Assembly: GCA_040007915.1 (NCBI GenBank)
Contig: JBDTUD010000008.1
Location: 934 to 64,933 of the forward strand
From: Sphingorhabdus sp.
Lineage (GTDB): Bacteria; Pseudomonadota; Alphaproteobacteria; Sphingomonadales; Sphingomonadaceae
Length of the DNA: 64,000 bases
Direction of reading: 5' to 3'
The notes below the pieces were generated by a model. That model was not told the origin of the DNA, searched no databases, and worked only from the letters and a program-made list of their open reading frames with translations. Every line of letters begins with the position of its first letter. Within the stretch, counting starts at the first letter, position 1. The translations under genes were made by a program, and so were the position numbers. Below are positions 1 to 13,059 of the stretch, piece by piece.

Positions 1-435
1 CCCCAAAAACCGTGATGCCACGAACAAAGCGACCAACGCAGTTGCAAAAATGGCTGCGATGAATGCAGCCAACGCCCAGTTGCGGTTCGTTTTCAATTCA
101 TAACCCGCACCCATGTCGAGAACGAGGTGGCGAAGGCCCGAAAACAGATGCTGGAAAAAACTGTAGGTCACGGCCAGTGCCAACAGGCGGAAGAACCAGT
201 TGATCGCAACCTGCAATCCCGTCGCATCTTCACCGGCCGATACGACATATCGCTGGAACGTGGCAAAGCTTTCACCACCGCCGCCAATTGCCGACAACCA
301 CCACAACAGCGTCATCATCCCGGCGGTAGCCAGCACAAATCCTGTAGCCCGATGGAAAATGGAAATCGCCATTTGTGGCGACCAGCGGTAAATCTGCAGG
401 TGCGGCGATAGCGGCCGGTTCAGATTTTGCCCCAT
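1..435 (-). CDS. sdhC: succinate dehydrogenase cytochrome b556 subunit SdhC; 3' end lies beyond the window edge
   Basis: Absent from the ORF track because it runs off the left edge. My translation from ATG 435..433 gives MGQNLNRPLSPHLQIYRWSPQMAISIFHRATGFVLA..., matching the SdhC RPLSPHLxIYRW / SIxHRxTG signature. The frame is open to base 1. Confidence 0.85.
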   Translation of the reverse strand, partial: MGQNLNRPLSPHLQIYRWSPQMAISIFHRATGFVLATAGMMTLLWWLSAIGGGGESFATFQRYVVSAGEDATGLQVAINWFFRLLALAVTYSFFQHLFSGLRHLVLDMGAGYELKTNRNWALAAFIAAIFATALVALFVASRFLG

Positions 436-634
436 GGTTTGGCGTCCTTTTGCAACTTGATTTACGTCGTTGCGTCGCTCTTTAACCGTTTGCGGCATCT
501 GTGCAAGGCCTCTGGAAACCTAAAAATATGCACCGGAAATCTGTGCATAACTAACCAACAGTTAACCATTTTGCGCCTAGATGGGGCCGCGACGACGGGA
601 AAATTCCCGCACGAGAGGCATGACGGAGCGCAAA

Positions 635-1978
635 ATGACAAATACGACCGGACCAAAGATGTTAAACATTAACGAAATCATTGCTCCTTATGATCGCAAC
701 CATACGCTTGCTGACAACAGTCGCAAAATCGGTGTTTTGCTCGAAGGTCAATACACTACGTTAAGTGAGGATTACTGGGAATTTTGGCGCGGTTCAAAAG
801 AATTTGAGGCCATCTTTTTAGAACCGGAGCATCTTCGCAAGTCAGTTTCCAATCTGAGCAGATATCTTGAACTGCGCATCGACCGGTTCGAAAAACTGGA
901 TTGGGTTGACACCATCAGGGGCATGGTCATCTCATCATGTGAACGCGGCGTCCCCTTGGGCCAAGTGCTGGCTGCAACCGGCACGGCAACCCGCAAGATG
1001 CTCCAAATGATACTGGCGCACCCGAATTTTGACAGCAACGAAATAGGTCCGCTGATCGATACTGTCACCGCCGTTTCAGCCATCGAAATGACCATTATTT
1101 CCACCTGTTACTGGCAGCAGGAGCAAACCCGCAGGGAAGAGCAGCGGAGCAATTATTCTGCGCAGTTCGAAGCCGATATCGGTAGCGCGGCCCATGATGT
1201 TGCCGACCATACCAGTTTGCTGCGCGCGCAGGCGACTAGCAGTTCTCAAATGGCAAATGGCATGCTGTCAAAAACATCCGAGGTCGCCGCAGCCTCCGAG
1301 CAATCCGCCGTTGCAATGCGTGAAGCCGCGCAAACTGCGGCTGGCCTCATCCGTGCCATCGAAGACGCCAGAACCGAGGTGGAGACTGCGTCGGACGTGG
1401 CCAACCGTGCCGCAGCTCAAGCGACGCAAGGCGTTGCCGCAACCGATACCTTGTCCGAACAATCAAATTCGATTGAATCGATTCTCGGCCTGATCCGTGA
1501 AATTGCCGGGCAGACCAATCTGCTGGCGCTCAATGCTACGATCGAAGCAGCTCGCGCGGGTGATGCCGGTCGCGGTTTTGCTGTTGTTGCGCAAGAGGTG
1601 AAGAGCCTTGCCAACCAGACGGCGCAAGCCACCGATGAAATTGCTCAAAAGATTGCCGCTATCCAGAGTGCAACCAAGGCTTCGGTGGAATCGAACGCCT
1701 CTATCCGCGCCACAGTCGATGAAGTGCAGCAATCGGCCGAACGCATCCGCCGGGCGATGGAAGATCAAGCGCAAACGGTAACGATGATCACTGCATCGGT
1801 GGACGAAACCGCATTGGCCGCCGATCTGATGTCGAATACTATTTCGGCAATCCGTAGCGACACTGAAAATGTCGTGTCGGAAATCACCGCGCTGGAGCAA
1901 GGTTTTACGCAAGTGAACGACAAGATCGCGTCGCTGCAAATGAACGCGAAAAGGTTTGTTGGCAATCTGACCCGCTAA
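635..1978 (+). CDS. soluble methyl-accepting chemotaxis protein with an uncharacterised N-terminal sensor domain
   Basis: ORF 581..1978. The C-terminal half has the MCP signalling hairpin motif [33 protein letters not shown]. No TM segment is evident. ATG 635 follows GGAG (626-629); ATG 620 or 581 are alternative starts. Confidence 0.85.
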   Translation: MTNTTGPKMLNINEIIAPYDRNHTLADNSRKIGVLLEGQYTTLSEDYWEFWRGSKEFEAIFLEPEHLRKSVSNLSRYLELRIDRFEKLDWVDTIRGMVISSCERGVPLGQVLAATGTATRKMLQMILAHPNFDSNEIGPLIDTVTAVSAIEMTIISTCYWQQEQTRREEQRSNYSAQFEADIGSAAHDVADHTSLLRAQATSSSQMANGMLSKTSEVAAASEQSAVAMREAAQTAAGLIRAIEDARTEVETASDVANRAAAQATQGVAATDTLSEQSNSIESILGLIREIAGQTNLLALNATIEAARAGDAGRGFAVVAQEVKSLANQTAQATDEIAQKIAAIQSATKASVESNASIRATVDEVQQSAERIRRAMEDQAQTVTMITASVDETALAADLMSNTISAIRSDTENVVSEITALEQGFTQVNDKIASLQMNAKRFVGNLTR

Positions 1979-2020
1979 CGCCAGTTGAATTTCCCGGCCT
2001 GCTGTGAAAAGCAGCAGGCT

Positions 2021-2713
2021 ATGAAAACCCATATACTTGTAACCGGCGCTTCACGCGGGATCGGCGCTGCCATCGTTGCGGCCTTTGATCCGGACACAAC
2101 ACGGGTCGTTGGGTTGTCAAGCAACGACGGCGATCTGGCGGACCCCGATATACCGGCAAAGCTATGGCAGAAATCGCTCGACCAACTGAACGGTCGCATC
2201 GATGTCCTGATCAACAATGCCGGCATATTCGAAGCCAATGCGCTGGATATATCCGATGCCGACTGGCTGGCCAACTGGAACCGGACAATGCAGGTCAACC
2301 TGACCGCAAGCGCCGATTTATGCCGCCGCGTTGTTCTGCACTGGCAAGGCGACGCAACCGGCGGACGTATCATCAACATTGCCAGTCGCGCTGCGCACCG
2401 TGGCGACAGTCCCGCCCATTGGCATTACGCGGCGTCTAAAGCAGGCATGTTGGCAATGACCAAAACCATCGCCCGGGCTTATGCTGCGCAACATATTTAT
2501 GCCTTTGCGATCTGCCCGGGCTTCACCTTGACCGGAATGGCGGAGGATTATCTCGAAAGCCGTGGCGGCGACAAATTATTGGCAGATATACCTTTGGGGC
2601 GTGTTGCGGAACCTGACGAGGTGGCGAAGATGGCGGTTTTCTGTGCACTTGATGCGCCGCCTTCGATGACGGGGGCGGTTTTGGACGTAAACGGGGCGAG
2701 CTATGTCCGATAA
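2021..2713 (+). CDS. SDR family oxidoreductase
   Basis: MKTHILVTGASRGIGAAI Rossmann motif, NNAG, and the YAASKAG catalytic Y-x3-K. The start is taken at the ATG that gives the typical SDR N-terminus. Confidence 0.85.
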   Translation: MKTHILVTGASRGIGAAIVAAFDPDTTRVVGLSSNDGDLADPDIPAKLWQKSLDQLNGRIDVLINNAGIFEANALDISDADWLANWNRTMQVNLTASADLCRRVVLHWQGDATGGRIINIASRAAHRGDSPAHWHYAASKAGMLAMTKTIARAYAAQHIYAFAICPGFTLTGMAEDYLESRGGDKLLADIPLGRVAEPDEVAKMAVFCALDAPPSMTGAVLDVNGASYVR

Positions 2714-3683
2714 CTGGAAACTGACCCTGCCCTGCACGCGCGCCGAGGCTGAGTCGCTTGACGACGTCGATTATCTTTTTGCCGCGATGAACCCGATGCC
2801 CTCCATTGTAACACAGGAAACCGAGGCGTTTAGTGACGCCAAATGGGAGCTGCTTGCCTATTTTGATGGTGAGCCGTCGAAGGACATATTGCGGCAAATT
2901 CAAACATTGATCCCCAGTGCGGCCGAAGCAGCCCCGCTGCTCGAAAAATTGCCTGACGACGATTGGCTGAAGATGAGCCAGCAAGGCCTGAAGCCGGTCC
3001 ATGCCGGGCGCTTCTACGTACATACCGTTGATAACGTAAGCAACATTCCACAAGGTGCCGTCCCGTTCCGGATTGAGGCAAGTCAGGCCTTTGGTACCGG
3101 CGGGCATGAAACGACCAGCGGGTGCCTTTCTATGCTCGATAGCATGAAGCGGCACGGTCAGCGCTTCGACTTGATCGCCGATATCGGCACCGGTACCGGA
3201 TTGCTGGCATTTGCGGCGCAGCATTTATGGCCACGAGCTTATGTGACGGCGTCCGACATCGATCCGGTCAGCATAGATGTAACCGCCGAGAATGCCGTTG
3301 TTAACAATGTGCCGCTCGGTCAAACGCCGGGGCACATCGCCCTTTGTGTTGCGTCCGGCACCGATCACGAAATGATCCAGCGGCGTGCGCCTTATGATTT
3401 GATTATTGCCAACATATTGGCCGGACCGCTGATCGAACTGGCGCCGTCATTTGCTGCCATATTGCAGGAAGGCGGCACGCTGATTTTGGCAGGTTTGCTC
3501 GACACGCAGGCCGCCACTCTCACCCGGGCTTACCGTCGGCAAGGTTTCCGGCTTGAACAGCGGCACGACACGGGAAACTGGCCTTGCCTCAGGCTCAGCA
3601 AAAGGCGTAAATATGGTTGGCAACGTCCGCTCCGTGCTGATGGGCGAACGAGCCAACCGCCAGGGGATTATGGCACATGGTGA
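2703..3683 (+). CDS. prmA: ribosomal protein L11 methyltransferase
   Basis: FGTGGHETTSGCL and the DIGTGTGLLA SAM-binding motif; typical PrmA architecture. Confidence 0.9.
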   Translation: MSDNWKLTLPCTRAEAESLDDVDYLFAAMNPMPSIVTQETEAFSDAKWELLAYFDGEPSKDILRQIQTLIPSAAEAAPLLEKLPDDDWLKMSQQGLKPVHAGRFYVHTVDNVSNIPQGAVPFRIEASQAFGTGGHETTSGCLSMLDSMKRHGQRFDLIADIGTGTGLLAFAAQHLWPRAYVTASDIDPVSIDVTAENAVVNNVPLGQTPGHIALCVASGTDHEMIQRRAPYDLIIANILAGPLIELAPSFAAILQEGGTLILAGLLDTQAATLTRAYRRQGFRLEQRHDTGNWPCLRLSKRRKYGWQRPLRADGRTSQPPGDYGTW

Positions 3684-3694
3684 ACAACCCAGGC

Positions 3695-4213
3695 ATGTCC
3701 GACGAAGCGGTTAAAGCGGCGACCGGGTATGACTGGGGCGAATAGGCGCAGCACGCTGGACGCGGTCGGCGCTAAAAGCTGGCACATGTTGATATCGTAC
3801 GGCTTGTGGCCAAAGAAGGTATCGCGGGCTGGTGGAGCCAGATGGTAACCGTCGGCTATGAAAGGCTGACTGGCAAGCGGGCAATGGCGCAGCGGTGTGA
3901 TGGCGCCTATTCTGCCAGCGTAAGCCGCAATGTGACGGGCGACAAGGATGAAGCGCTGGCAAAATGGCTCGCGGTGGTAGACGGCATGACCGAGTTCAAC
4001 GGCGTATTTGCCGAGGGAGAACCCCGCCAGTCGCAAAGTGCCAACTGGCGTTACTGGAAGATAAATCTGGAAAACGGTTCCAAAGTCGATGTCGTGATCA
4101 GCGACAAGCCCGGCGGCAAGGCCACCGTCGCCATCGGCCATGAAAAGCTTGCCGACGCAGAGGCGCTCACGCGCGCAAAAGCATTCTGGAAATCTTTGCT
4201 CGCGACCATGTAA
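3695..4213 (+). pseudogene. conserved hypothetical gene whose N-terminal region is interrupted by two in-frame stops (compensating frameshift pair)
   Basis: ATG 3695 gives MSDEAVKAATGYDWGE then TAG at 3743. An alternative frame reads RRSTLDAVGAKSW. The original frame resumes with HVDIVRLVAKEGIAGWWSQMVTVGYERL and continues as track ORF 3806..4213. Confidence 0.5.
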
Positions 4214-4355
4214 CCGGTTCATGGGAACATTTGCGTCCATACTGCATTAACATGGGAGTACGAACGCCACGCAGCCGAACGGCGTGGCTCATGCAATTGA
4301 TTCTGTGTTGCTACCCTAGCGGGTCGCAAGCGCAGCGGGCTGGTCTTCCCTCCCT

Positions 4356-5222
4356 TTAGGCCAGCCCGCGCGCATATTTCTGGGTCCCCCGGGTAATGAC
4401 CTCATCGCTTTCCAATATGTCGGCAATCGCAATGTCGGGCAGTTTTTCAAGCTCGGCGTAAAGCGGCGCAAAGTCGGTTTCGACCGTCACCTTCAACAGA
4501 TGATCGAGGCTGGGGATCACAAAATAATTCTGCTGGTAATCGTCAATCCGGTAACGCGTCCGCATAACGCGCATCAGATCAAAACCGATGCGGTTGGGGC
4601 TTGGATCATCAAGCGCAAAGACACTTTCTCCATAGCTCGAAACGATCCCCGCGCCATAAATGCGCAGACCGCCGGCCTCCCGGATCAGACCGAATTCAAC
4701 GGTATACCAATATAACCGCGCCAGATGATCGAGCGCGCCAAAGCCCAATGACCGCAACCCGCCTTTGCCATACTCAACCATATAATTGGCAAACACCGGG
4801 TCGGCGAGCATCGGCACATGGCCGAATACGTCGTGAAAAACATCGGGTTCTTTAAGATAATCGAGTTGTTCAGGCGCGCGGATAAAGTTTCCTGCCGGGA
4901 AACGCCGGTTGGCCAAGTGGTCGAAGAAAACCGCGTCTGGCACCAGTCCCGGCACGGCCACAACCTGCCACCCGGTCGCTGCCATCAACCGGGAATTGAG
5001 CTCACGATAGTCCGGGATCCCCGGCTTCGACAGTTTCAAAACGTCCATCCCGCGCAGAAAGGCGTCCGCCGCCCTGCCCGGCAACATTTCGGACTGCCGT
5101 GCAAACAGCCGGTCCCACATGGCATGTTCGTCGGCCGTAAACGCGTGCCAATTCTGCGCAATCGTCCAGTCCGCATTTGCGTGTGCGGGCGGTGTGTCAT
5201 AGACGTGAAGCGCATCGGCCAT
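4356..5222 (-). CDS. phhA: phenylalanine 4-monooxygenase (biopterin-dependent aromatic amino acid hydroxylase)
   Basis: PDVFHDVFGHVPML iron ligands and YWYTVEFGL. The start is taken at MADALHVYD. Confidence 0.9.
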   Translation of the reverse strand: MADALHVYDTPPAHANADWTIAQNWHAFTADEHAMWDRLFARQSEMLPGRAADAFLRGMDVLKLSKPGIPDYRELNSRLMAATGWQVVAVPGLVPDAVFFDHLANRRFPAGNFIRAPEQLDYLKEPDVFHDVFGHVPMLADPVFANYMVEYGKGGLRSLGFGALDHLARLYWYTVEFGLIREAGGLRIYGAGIVSSYGESVFALDDPSPNRIGFDLMRVMRTRYRIDDYQQNYFVIPSLDHLLKVTVETDFAPLYAELEKLPDIAIADILESDEVITRGTQKYARGLA

Positions 5223-5238
5223 AAGGAAGTAGTTACAC

Positions 5239-5916
5239 TTGAAACTGTTCCGCATCAACAGCGTCTTGACGGCCCTGCGCGCGCTCGTCGCCTGGCCGTT
5301 GCTGGTTATCGGGATCTATATGGTCGCGGCATTGGTCGGCAGCCATATCCCTGCCAACAATGACTGGACGCAGCCCGCCACCGGCGTCGACCTGTTTGTT
5401 GAAACCAACGGTGTCCATGTCAGCCTGATCGTGCCCATGGCGGCTGCCGGGGAAGATTTGAGCGACCTTATCCGTCCCGACCAATTGAACGACCCGCAAC
5501 TTTACGGCACCCACGTTATGATCGGCTGGGGGCATGGCGGCGTATATCGCAATGCGCAGACTTGGACCGAGGTGCGTTCGGGTGATGTTACAAGCGCCAT
5601 ATTCGGGTCGGACGATGTCCTGTTGCATGTCTATCATATGACCGACCCGCTGGCCGCACCATATCGCAAGCCGTTTCGGGTGAGCGAGGCCCAGTTCCAC
5701 CAAATCGTCCGCGATATCCGCGCAAGCTTTCGCCTTCACGGCGGCCACAGCGTCGCGGTACCGGCATATTCACCCGATAACCTGTTCTATGCTGCCAAGG
5801 GCCGCTACACCGCTATCCACACCTGCAACGAATGGACCGCCAAAGTCCTGCGCCGTGCGGGCGTGCGTATGGGCGCATGGACGCCGATGCCGGGCGGTGT
5901 AATGCGCTGGTTTTAA
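5239..5916 (+). CDS. membrane-anchored conserved hypothetical protein (TIGR02117 / DUF2459-like)
   Basis: N-terminal TM helix followed by VETNGVHVSLIVPM. TTG start preceded by AAGGAAG. The family assignment is from memory. Confidence 0.6.
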   Translation: MKLFRINSVLTALRALVAWPLLVIGIYMVAALVGSHIPANNDWTQPATGVDLFVETNGVHVSLIVPMAAAGEDLSDLIRPDQLNDPQLYGTHVMIGWGHGGVYRNAQTWTEVRSGDVTSAIFGSDDVLLHVYHMTDPLAAPYRKPFRVSEAQFHQIVRDIRASFRLHGGHSVAVPAYSPDNLFYAAKGRYTAIHTCNEWTAKVLRRAGVRMGAWTPMPGGVMRWF

Positions 5917-5930
5917 GGCTAAGCTGTCAT

Positions 5931-7073
5931 CTATTTTTTGCGCACAAACGGGTACCGCATCTGCGCCCAATACCCATTGGGCACCCGCTCCGGAACGCCA
6001 TAATTTTCCGGCCAACGCCCTTCGGGTAAATGAAAAGTGCCGAACAGTTTATCGATCCACGGAAAATGGATCGCAAAGTTTACATCGACCGCTTCCTGTT
6101 CAAGTCCGTGATGCCAATGGTGAAAACGCGGCGTAGCGACCCAATGGCCGATGCCATCAAAATTACCCTTCAAATTGGCATGGAGCAGCGATGAATAGAT
6201 ATACACAAACCCGATATAGGCCTGCATCACCGATGGGCTGAAACCCAGCGTAAACAGGGGCAGCGAGGTAATTGACCGCAGCAGAACTATCTCGACAAAA
6301 TGCATCCGCGACCCGGCCAGCCAATCCATGGCCTTTGCCGAATGATGCACCGCGTGGAACCCCCACAGAAATGGCACTTTGTGGAACAGCCGGTGGTACC
6401 AATATTGGGCCATGTCGGACAGGACGATCACCAGAAAAAACTGAACCGCCCATGGTAACGAGGTAACGCCCGCGCGGAATGCATCCCAGTTGCTGGTATT
6501 GGCATTGATGAATGTCGAAGGCGCGAGCGCAAGGAAGGAGAAAATCTGCACCAGCATCGAGCTGACCAGATAATAAAACAGGTCTTCCTTCCATTCGATG
6601 CGGAACAGCCGCTGCTCCTTGCGGTGCGGAAATATCCGTTCGATCGGCGCAAACATCAGGCCGGTAATCACCATGTTTACCACAAAGAAATCTAGGCCAA
6701 AGAAAATGCCCCAATCCTTCGTCTCTTGCGGCTGCACACTTGCACCGCCGAGGAAAGTTGCGGCCAACCCGATGCCCAGCGCGGTAAAACCCAGCGCCTT
6801 TCGCGGACGTAACAGCAGGCTCAAAAGTGCCAGAGCGTAGGACCCCAGCAACATAATATGCACGGCTGATCGGAATCCGGTCCAGTCTTTCAGTGTCGCG
6901 AGTTCGGGTGTTGCAAACCATTCGGGAAAGCGCAGCGCCATAACCATCCCAAAACCGGCAACCGCCATGATGAGACCGAAGAAACCGGCAAACCACCCGC
7001 TGCCAAACCCCCGCGCCTCGATGGGTGCCTGAAGGTCGTGTTCGAGCTGTTCGAGAAATCCGCGTTTCGTCAT
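5931..7073 (-). CDS. sterol desaturase / fatty acid hydroxylase family membrane protein
   Basis: Histidine boxes HRLFH, HAVHHS and HHWHH, with multiple TM segments. The start is taken at MTKRGFLEQ. Confidence 0.8.
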   Translation of the reverse strand: MTKRGFLEQLEHDLQAPIEARGFGSGWFAGFFGLIMAVAGFGMVMALRFPEWFATPELATLKDWTGFRSAVHIMLLGSYALALLSLLLRPRKALGFTALGIGLAATFLGGASVQPQETKDWGIFFGLDFFVVNMVITGLMFAPIERIFPHRKEQRLFRIEWKEDLFYYLVSSMLVQIFSFLALAPSTFINANTSNWDAFRAGVTSLPWAVQFFLVIVLSDMAQYWYHRLFHKVPFLWGFHAVHHSAKAMDWLAGSRMHFVEIVLLRSITSLPLFTLGFSPSVMQAYIGFVYIYSSLLHANLKGNFDGIGHWVATPRFHHWHHGLEQEAVDVNFAIHFPWIDKLFGTFHLPEGRWPENYGVPERVPNGYWAQMRYPFVRKK

Positions 7074-7083
7074 GTTTGCCCCC

Positions 7084-9633
<2,550 letters not shown>

Positions 9634-9637
<4 letters not shown>

Positions 9638-11292
9638 ACCACCTCCAACAACCGCTCGGCCTGCGCACGCGCTTCGTCTGTCACCTCCGCACCTGACAGC
9701 ATCCGCGCGATTTCCTGGCGGCGCTGTTCGGGGTTCAGCAATATCACGCCAGTCCGCGTTACGGTGCCTTCGCTCGATTTGGCGATGAAATAATGTGCTG
9801 CCCCCTTGGCCGCAACTTGCGGGGAGTGCGTGACGGCCAGCAGTTGTTTGTCGGTGCCCGCCAGCCGCGCCAGACGTTCGCCAATCGCGGCGGCCACTGC
9901 GCCGCCAACACCACGGTCGATTTCGTCGAAGATGATGGTCGCCGCCCCGCCGACTTCGGCCAGCGCAACCTTCAGCGCCAATATGAAACGCGACAATTCG
10001 CCGCCCGAGGCGATCTTGTTGAGCGGTGCGAACGGCGCGCCCGGATTGGTTGAAATCAGGAACTCGGCGCGGTCCATGCCGTTTGCGTTCCAGCGGTCTT
10101 CGGGCAGCATCTCGATACTTGTCCTGAACTGCGCGGCGTCCAGTTTCAACGGCACCAATTCGCCCGCTACCGCCTTGTCGAGCCCGATAGCGGCCTCAGT
10201 TCGCACCAATGTCAGAGCTTCCGCCGCCGCCCGGTAAGCCGCCGCTTTTGCTGCAACCTCTACCTCCAGCTTGGCCAGCCCCTCGCCGCCTGCCTGTATC
10301 GCGTCAAGCCGCGCGGCGAGTTCCGCCGTGAGCGCGACGATCGCTTCGGGCGCAACATTGTGCTTGCGCGCCAGTGCCCTGAGCTCGAACAACCGCACCT
10401 CGATCTCGTCGAGCCGCGCCGGTTCAAACTCCAGCGCGCGCGCCGCCGCGTTCAGTTTGTCCTCGGCCTCACTGGCCTCGATCACCGCGCGGTCGAGCGA
10501 GGTCAGCGCATCGGCCAGCATCGGGTGCGCATCGGCCAGCCGGTCGAGCCGCCGCGCCGCCGCGCGGATCAGCGCGACGCCGCTTTTGGGGCCGTCAAAA
10601 CTGTCGAGCACCACCTTCAGGTCGTCAGCAATCCGCTCGCCCTTTTGCATATCGGAGCGTTCACCGGCGAGCTGTTCCTCCTCGCCCGGTTGCGGGTTGA
10701 ACGCCTGCAATTCGGCAACCGCATGTTCGAGCCATTCCCGGTCGCGGGCGGCATTTTCGATGCTTTCGCGCGCCACATCAAGCCGCGTTTTCGCCTCATG
10801 CCACGCGGCAAAACTGGTGGCGACGGTGGCGATATCACTGCGGCCATAGGCGTCGAGCAGCGTCCGGTGCCCGCGTGGGTTCAGTAGCCCCCTGTCATCA
10901 TGCTGCCCGTGAATTTCAACCAGCATCGCCCCGACATCGCGGAGCAAGGCCGCCGAACAGGGCTGGTCATTGATAAAAGCCTTGCTACCGCCATCAGCCT
11001 TCAGCGACCGCCGGATGAGCAGCGGTTCGCCCGCATCCATATCGATGTCGTTCTCGGCAAGCAGCTTGATGACGCCTGCAGGCGCATCGAAACTCGCGGT
11101 CACCTGCGCCTTGTCGGAGCCCGAGCGCACCAGCCCGCTATCGGCCCGCGCACCCAGCGCCAGCCCTAAAGCATCGAGCAAGATCGACTTGCCTGCCCCG
11201 GTTTCCCCGGTCAGCACGCCGAGCCCGCCTGAAAATTCAAGATCCAGCGCCTCGATCAGCACCACATCGCGGATCGACAGGCCGGTCAGCAT
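9634..11292 (-). CDS. recN: DNA repair protein RecN
   Basis: N-terminal Walker A GETGAGKS, a long coiled coil and the C-terminal SGGELSR signature. Confidence 0.95.
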
Positions 11293-11305
11293 ATCGGCGC
11301 GCGCA

Positions 11306-12088
11306 TCACGCCGCTGGCGCGTGCTTCTGCATCAATTCGTAAGCGCGCTGGTACCATTCGCTACCCGGATAGTTCGCGCCAAGCACCGCCGCCGACTTCT
11401 TCGCCTCTTCGGGCACGCCCATCGCCAGATAGCTTTCGGTCAAGCGGAACAGCGCCTCGGGCGCGTGGGTCGTCGTCTCATATTTGTCGACCACTTCGCG
11501 AAACCGCAAAGACGCCGCTAGCCACAACGCGCGTCGTTCATAAAAGCGCCCGATCTCCATTTCCTTGCCCGCCAGATGGTCGTTCACCAGATCGATTTTC
11601 AGCGTGGCATCCGACGCATAACGCGTATTCGGGTAACGCCGCTGCACTTCGCCAAGCGCCGCCAGCGCCTGCTGCGTCACTTTCTGGTCGCGGGTCACAT
11701 CGCTGATCTGCTCATAATAACTGAGCCCGATCAGGTAATACGCATAAGCCGCGTCCTTGTTGCCGGGGTGGATCGACAGGAACCGGCGCGACGCCTGAAT
11801 CGATTCGTTATATTTGCCCGCCATATAATAGCTGAACGAGCTCATCAGCTGCGCCCGGCGCGCCCATGGCGAATAAGGATGCTGGCGCTCGACCTCGTCG
11901 AACAAAGCGGCCGCCACCTGATATTGCTGGCGGTCCAGCTTGTCTTTCGCAGCATTGTACAGCGTGTTGACGTCACGCGCGACATATTTGGTGTCGCCTT
12001 TGCCACCGCCGCCGCCCAACATGGCGCATCCGGAAAGCATCGAGGCGGCGAGTCCCACGCATACGGGAACAAGGATTTTTCTATTCAT
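11306..12088 (-). CDS. bamD: outer membrane protein assembly factor BamD
   Basis: Lipoprotein signal (LSGCA) and TPR-like repeats typical of BamD/YfiO. The start is taken at MNRKILVP. Confidence 0.85.
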   Translation of the reverse strand: MNRKILVPVCVGLAASMLSGCAMLGGGGGKGDTKYVARDVNTLYNAAKDKLDRQQYQVAAALFDEVERQHPYSPWARRAQLMSSFSYYMAGKYNESIQASRRFLSIHPGNKDAAYAYYLIGLSYYEQISDVTRDQKVTQQALAALGEVQRRYPNTRYASDATLKIDLVNDHLAGKEMEIGRFYERRALWLAASLRFREVVDKYETTTHAPEALFRLTESYLAMGVPEEAKKSAAVLGANYPGSEWYQRAYELMQKHAPAA

Positions 12089-12203
12089 GGGAATGTCCTT
12101 AGATACTCTTGAGGCCGTCGCCAAGGGTTTTGGTGAAGGCCCGAAAACAAGCCGCGCGAATGTGGCGGCCGAACCCTGTATCGGCGATGAACTGCGCCTT
12201 TTT

Positions 12204-12228
12204 CTTATTGGGGACAGTCCCTAATAAG
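12204..12228. repeat. 25-nt palindrome CTTATTGGGGACAGTCCCTAATAAG
   Basis: 11 of 12 arm positions pair around centre 12216. It shares the core GGGACAGTCC with 53032-53052 and 26358-26382. Confidence 0.7.
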
Positions 12229-12336
12229 ATTTCCTTACGCCTCGCCCGCATCCAGACGCAGCCGCAGCACCGCAAGCTTTTTCAATATGCTCTCCGTCCG
12301 CTCATCATCCGACATTTCCTCGCGCGGATTACGCCC

Positions 12337-12993
12337 CTATCCCCGCACACCGGTCCGCCGCGCCCAGTGCCGGAACGCGCTGTGCTTGTTCATGTGAAGC
12401 AGCGCCAGCCCCTGTTCGGGCGTCATCGGCTCCATCGGTATCGCCGGTTCCCAGTCCATTTCCTCGGCCGCGTCCGGATCGAGCGAGCGCATGCCGTTCT
12501 CCAGCATCGCCAGTTCGAGGGCATGATAGCCCTCCTCCAATGCTGCCTTCCACGCCCCGGCAAAGCGCGGCCAGCGATCGGCATGTTTATACACCGACGG
12601 CACCGAAAGCCCGACCTCGCGGCAGGCCAGCTCCAGATTGCAAGTCGCGCGCAGCACGGAAAGAAACCGCTGCTCCCCACGCAATGTCCATTGCTTCAGC
12701 CGCGCGCGCGAAATCTGCGCCCGCCGCCCACGCGAGCCGCGCACGACCAGCTCCTCGCCATCGATATTCGCCCATTTGCCCGAATGCTTCACCGACCCAG
12801 CCGTTGAAAGCCGCGCTCTCGCTTCGGCAATGCAAGCCTCCATCCGCGCCTTGAATTCGGGATCGGCGGAACGGTGCAGCGAAACCCAGGACCGGGAAAC
12901 CCGCGCCCGTTCGGCAGAGATCGTCTGGTTGCCGGTTTCGGCGAGTGCCTGGAAAAAGGCTTCCGTGCGCGCGGCGCTGGCTTTCTTGGACAT
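12337..12993 (-). CDS. hypothetical DNA-binding protein with two small-terminase-like HTH modules
   Basis: Two copies of the pattern F..L...GN....A.R..VSRS.V..H...DPEF / W..A..EG. ATG 12993 follows GGAGGG. The function is not established. Confidence 0.6.
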   Translation of the reverse strand: MSKKASAARTEAFFQALAETGNQTISAERARVSRSWVSLHRSADPEFKARMEACIAEARARLSTAGSVKHSGKWANIDGEELVVRGSRGRRAQISRARLKQWTLRGEQRFLSVLRATCNLELACREVGLSVPSVYKHADRWPRFAGAWKAALEEGYHALELAMLENGMRSLDPDAAEEMDWEPAIPMEPMTPEQGLALLHMNKHSAFRHWARRTGVRG

Positions 12994-13059
12994 CCTACCC
13001 TCCGATTCGATGTTAGAGGGCAATGTGATTAGGCAGGGTCGGGGGCTGTAGGAAAGCGA

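Noticed and set aside
3668-4240. 190-aa minus-strand ORF covering the frameshifted gene region.
   Set aside because: It is antisense to a plus-strand frame that yields a coherent protein (GWWSQMVTVGYERL...). Its own translation has no recognisable features and is Arg/Pro/Ala-rich.
12235-12315. 26-aa minus-strand mini-ORF MSDDERTESILKKLAVLRLRLDAGEA as a real gene.
   Set aside because: It is not rejected outright, but it is not listed as a feature. The only SD-like GAGG lies 2-3 nt from the ATG, and an ORF this short cannot be supported from sequence alone.
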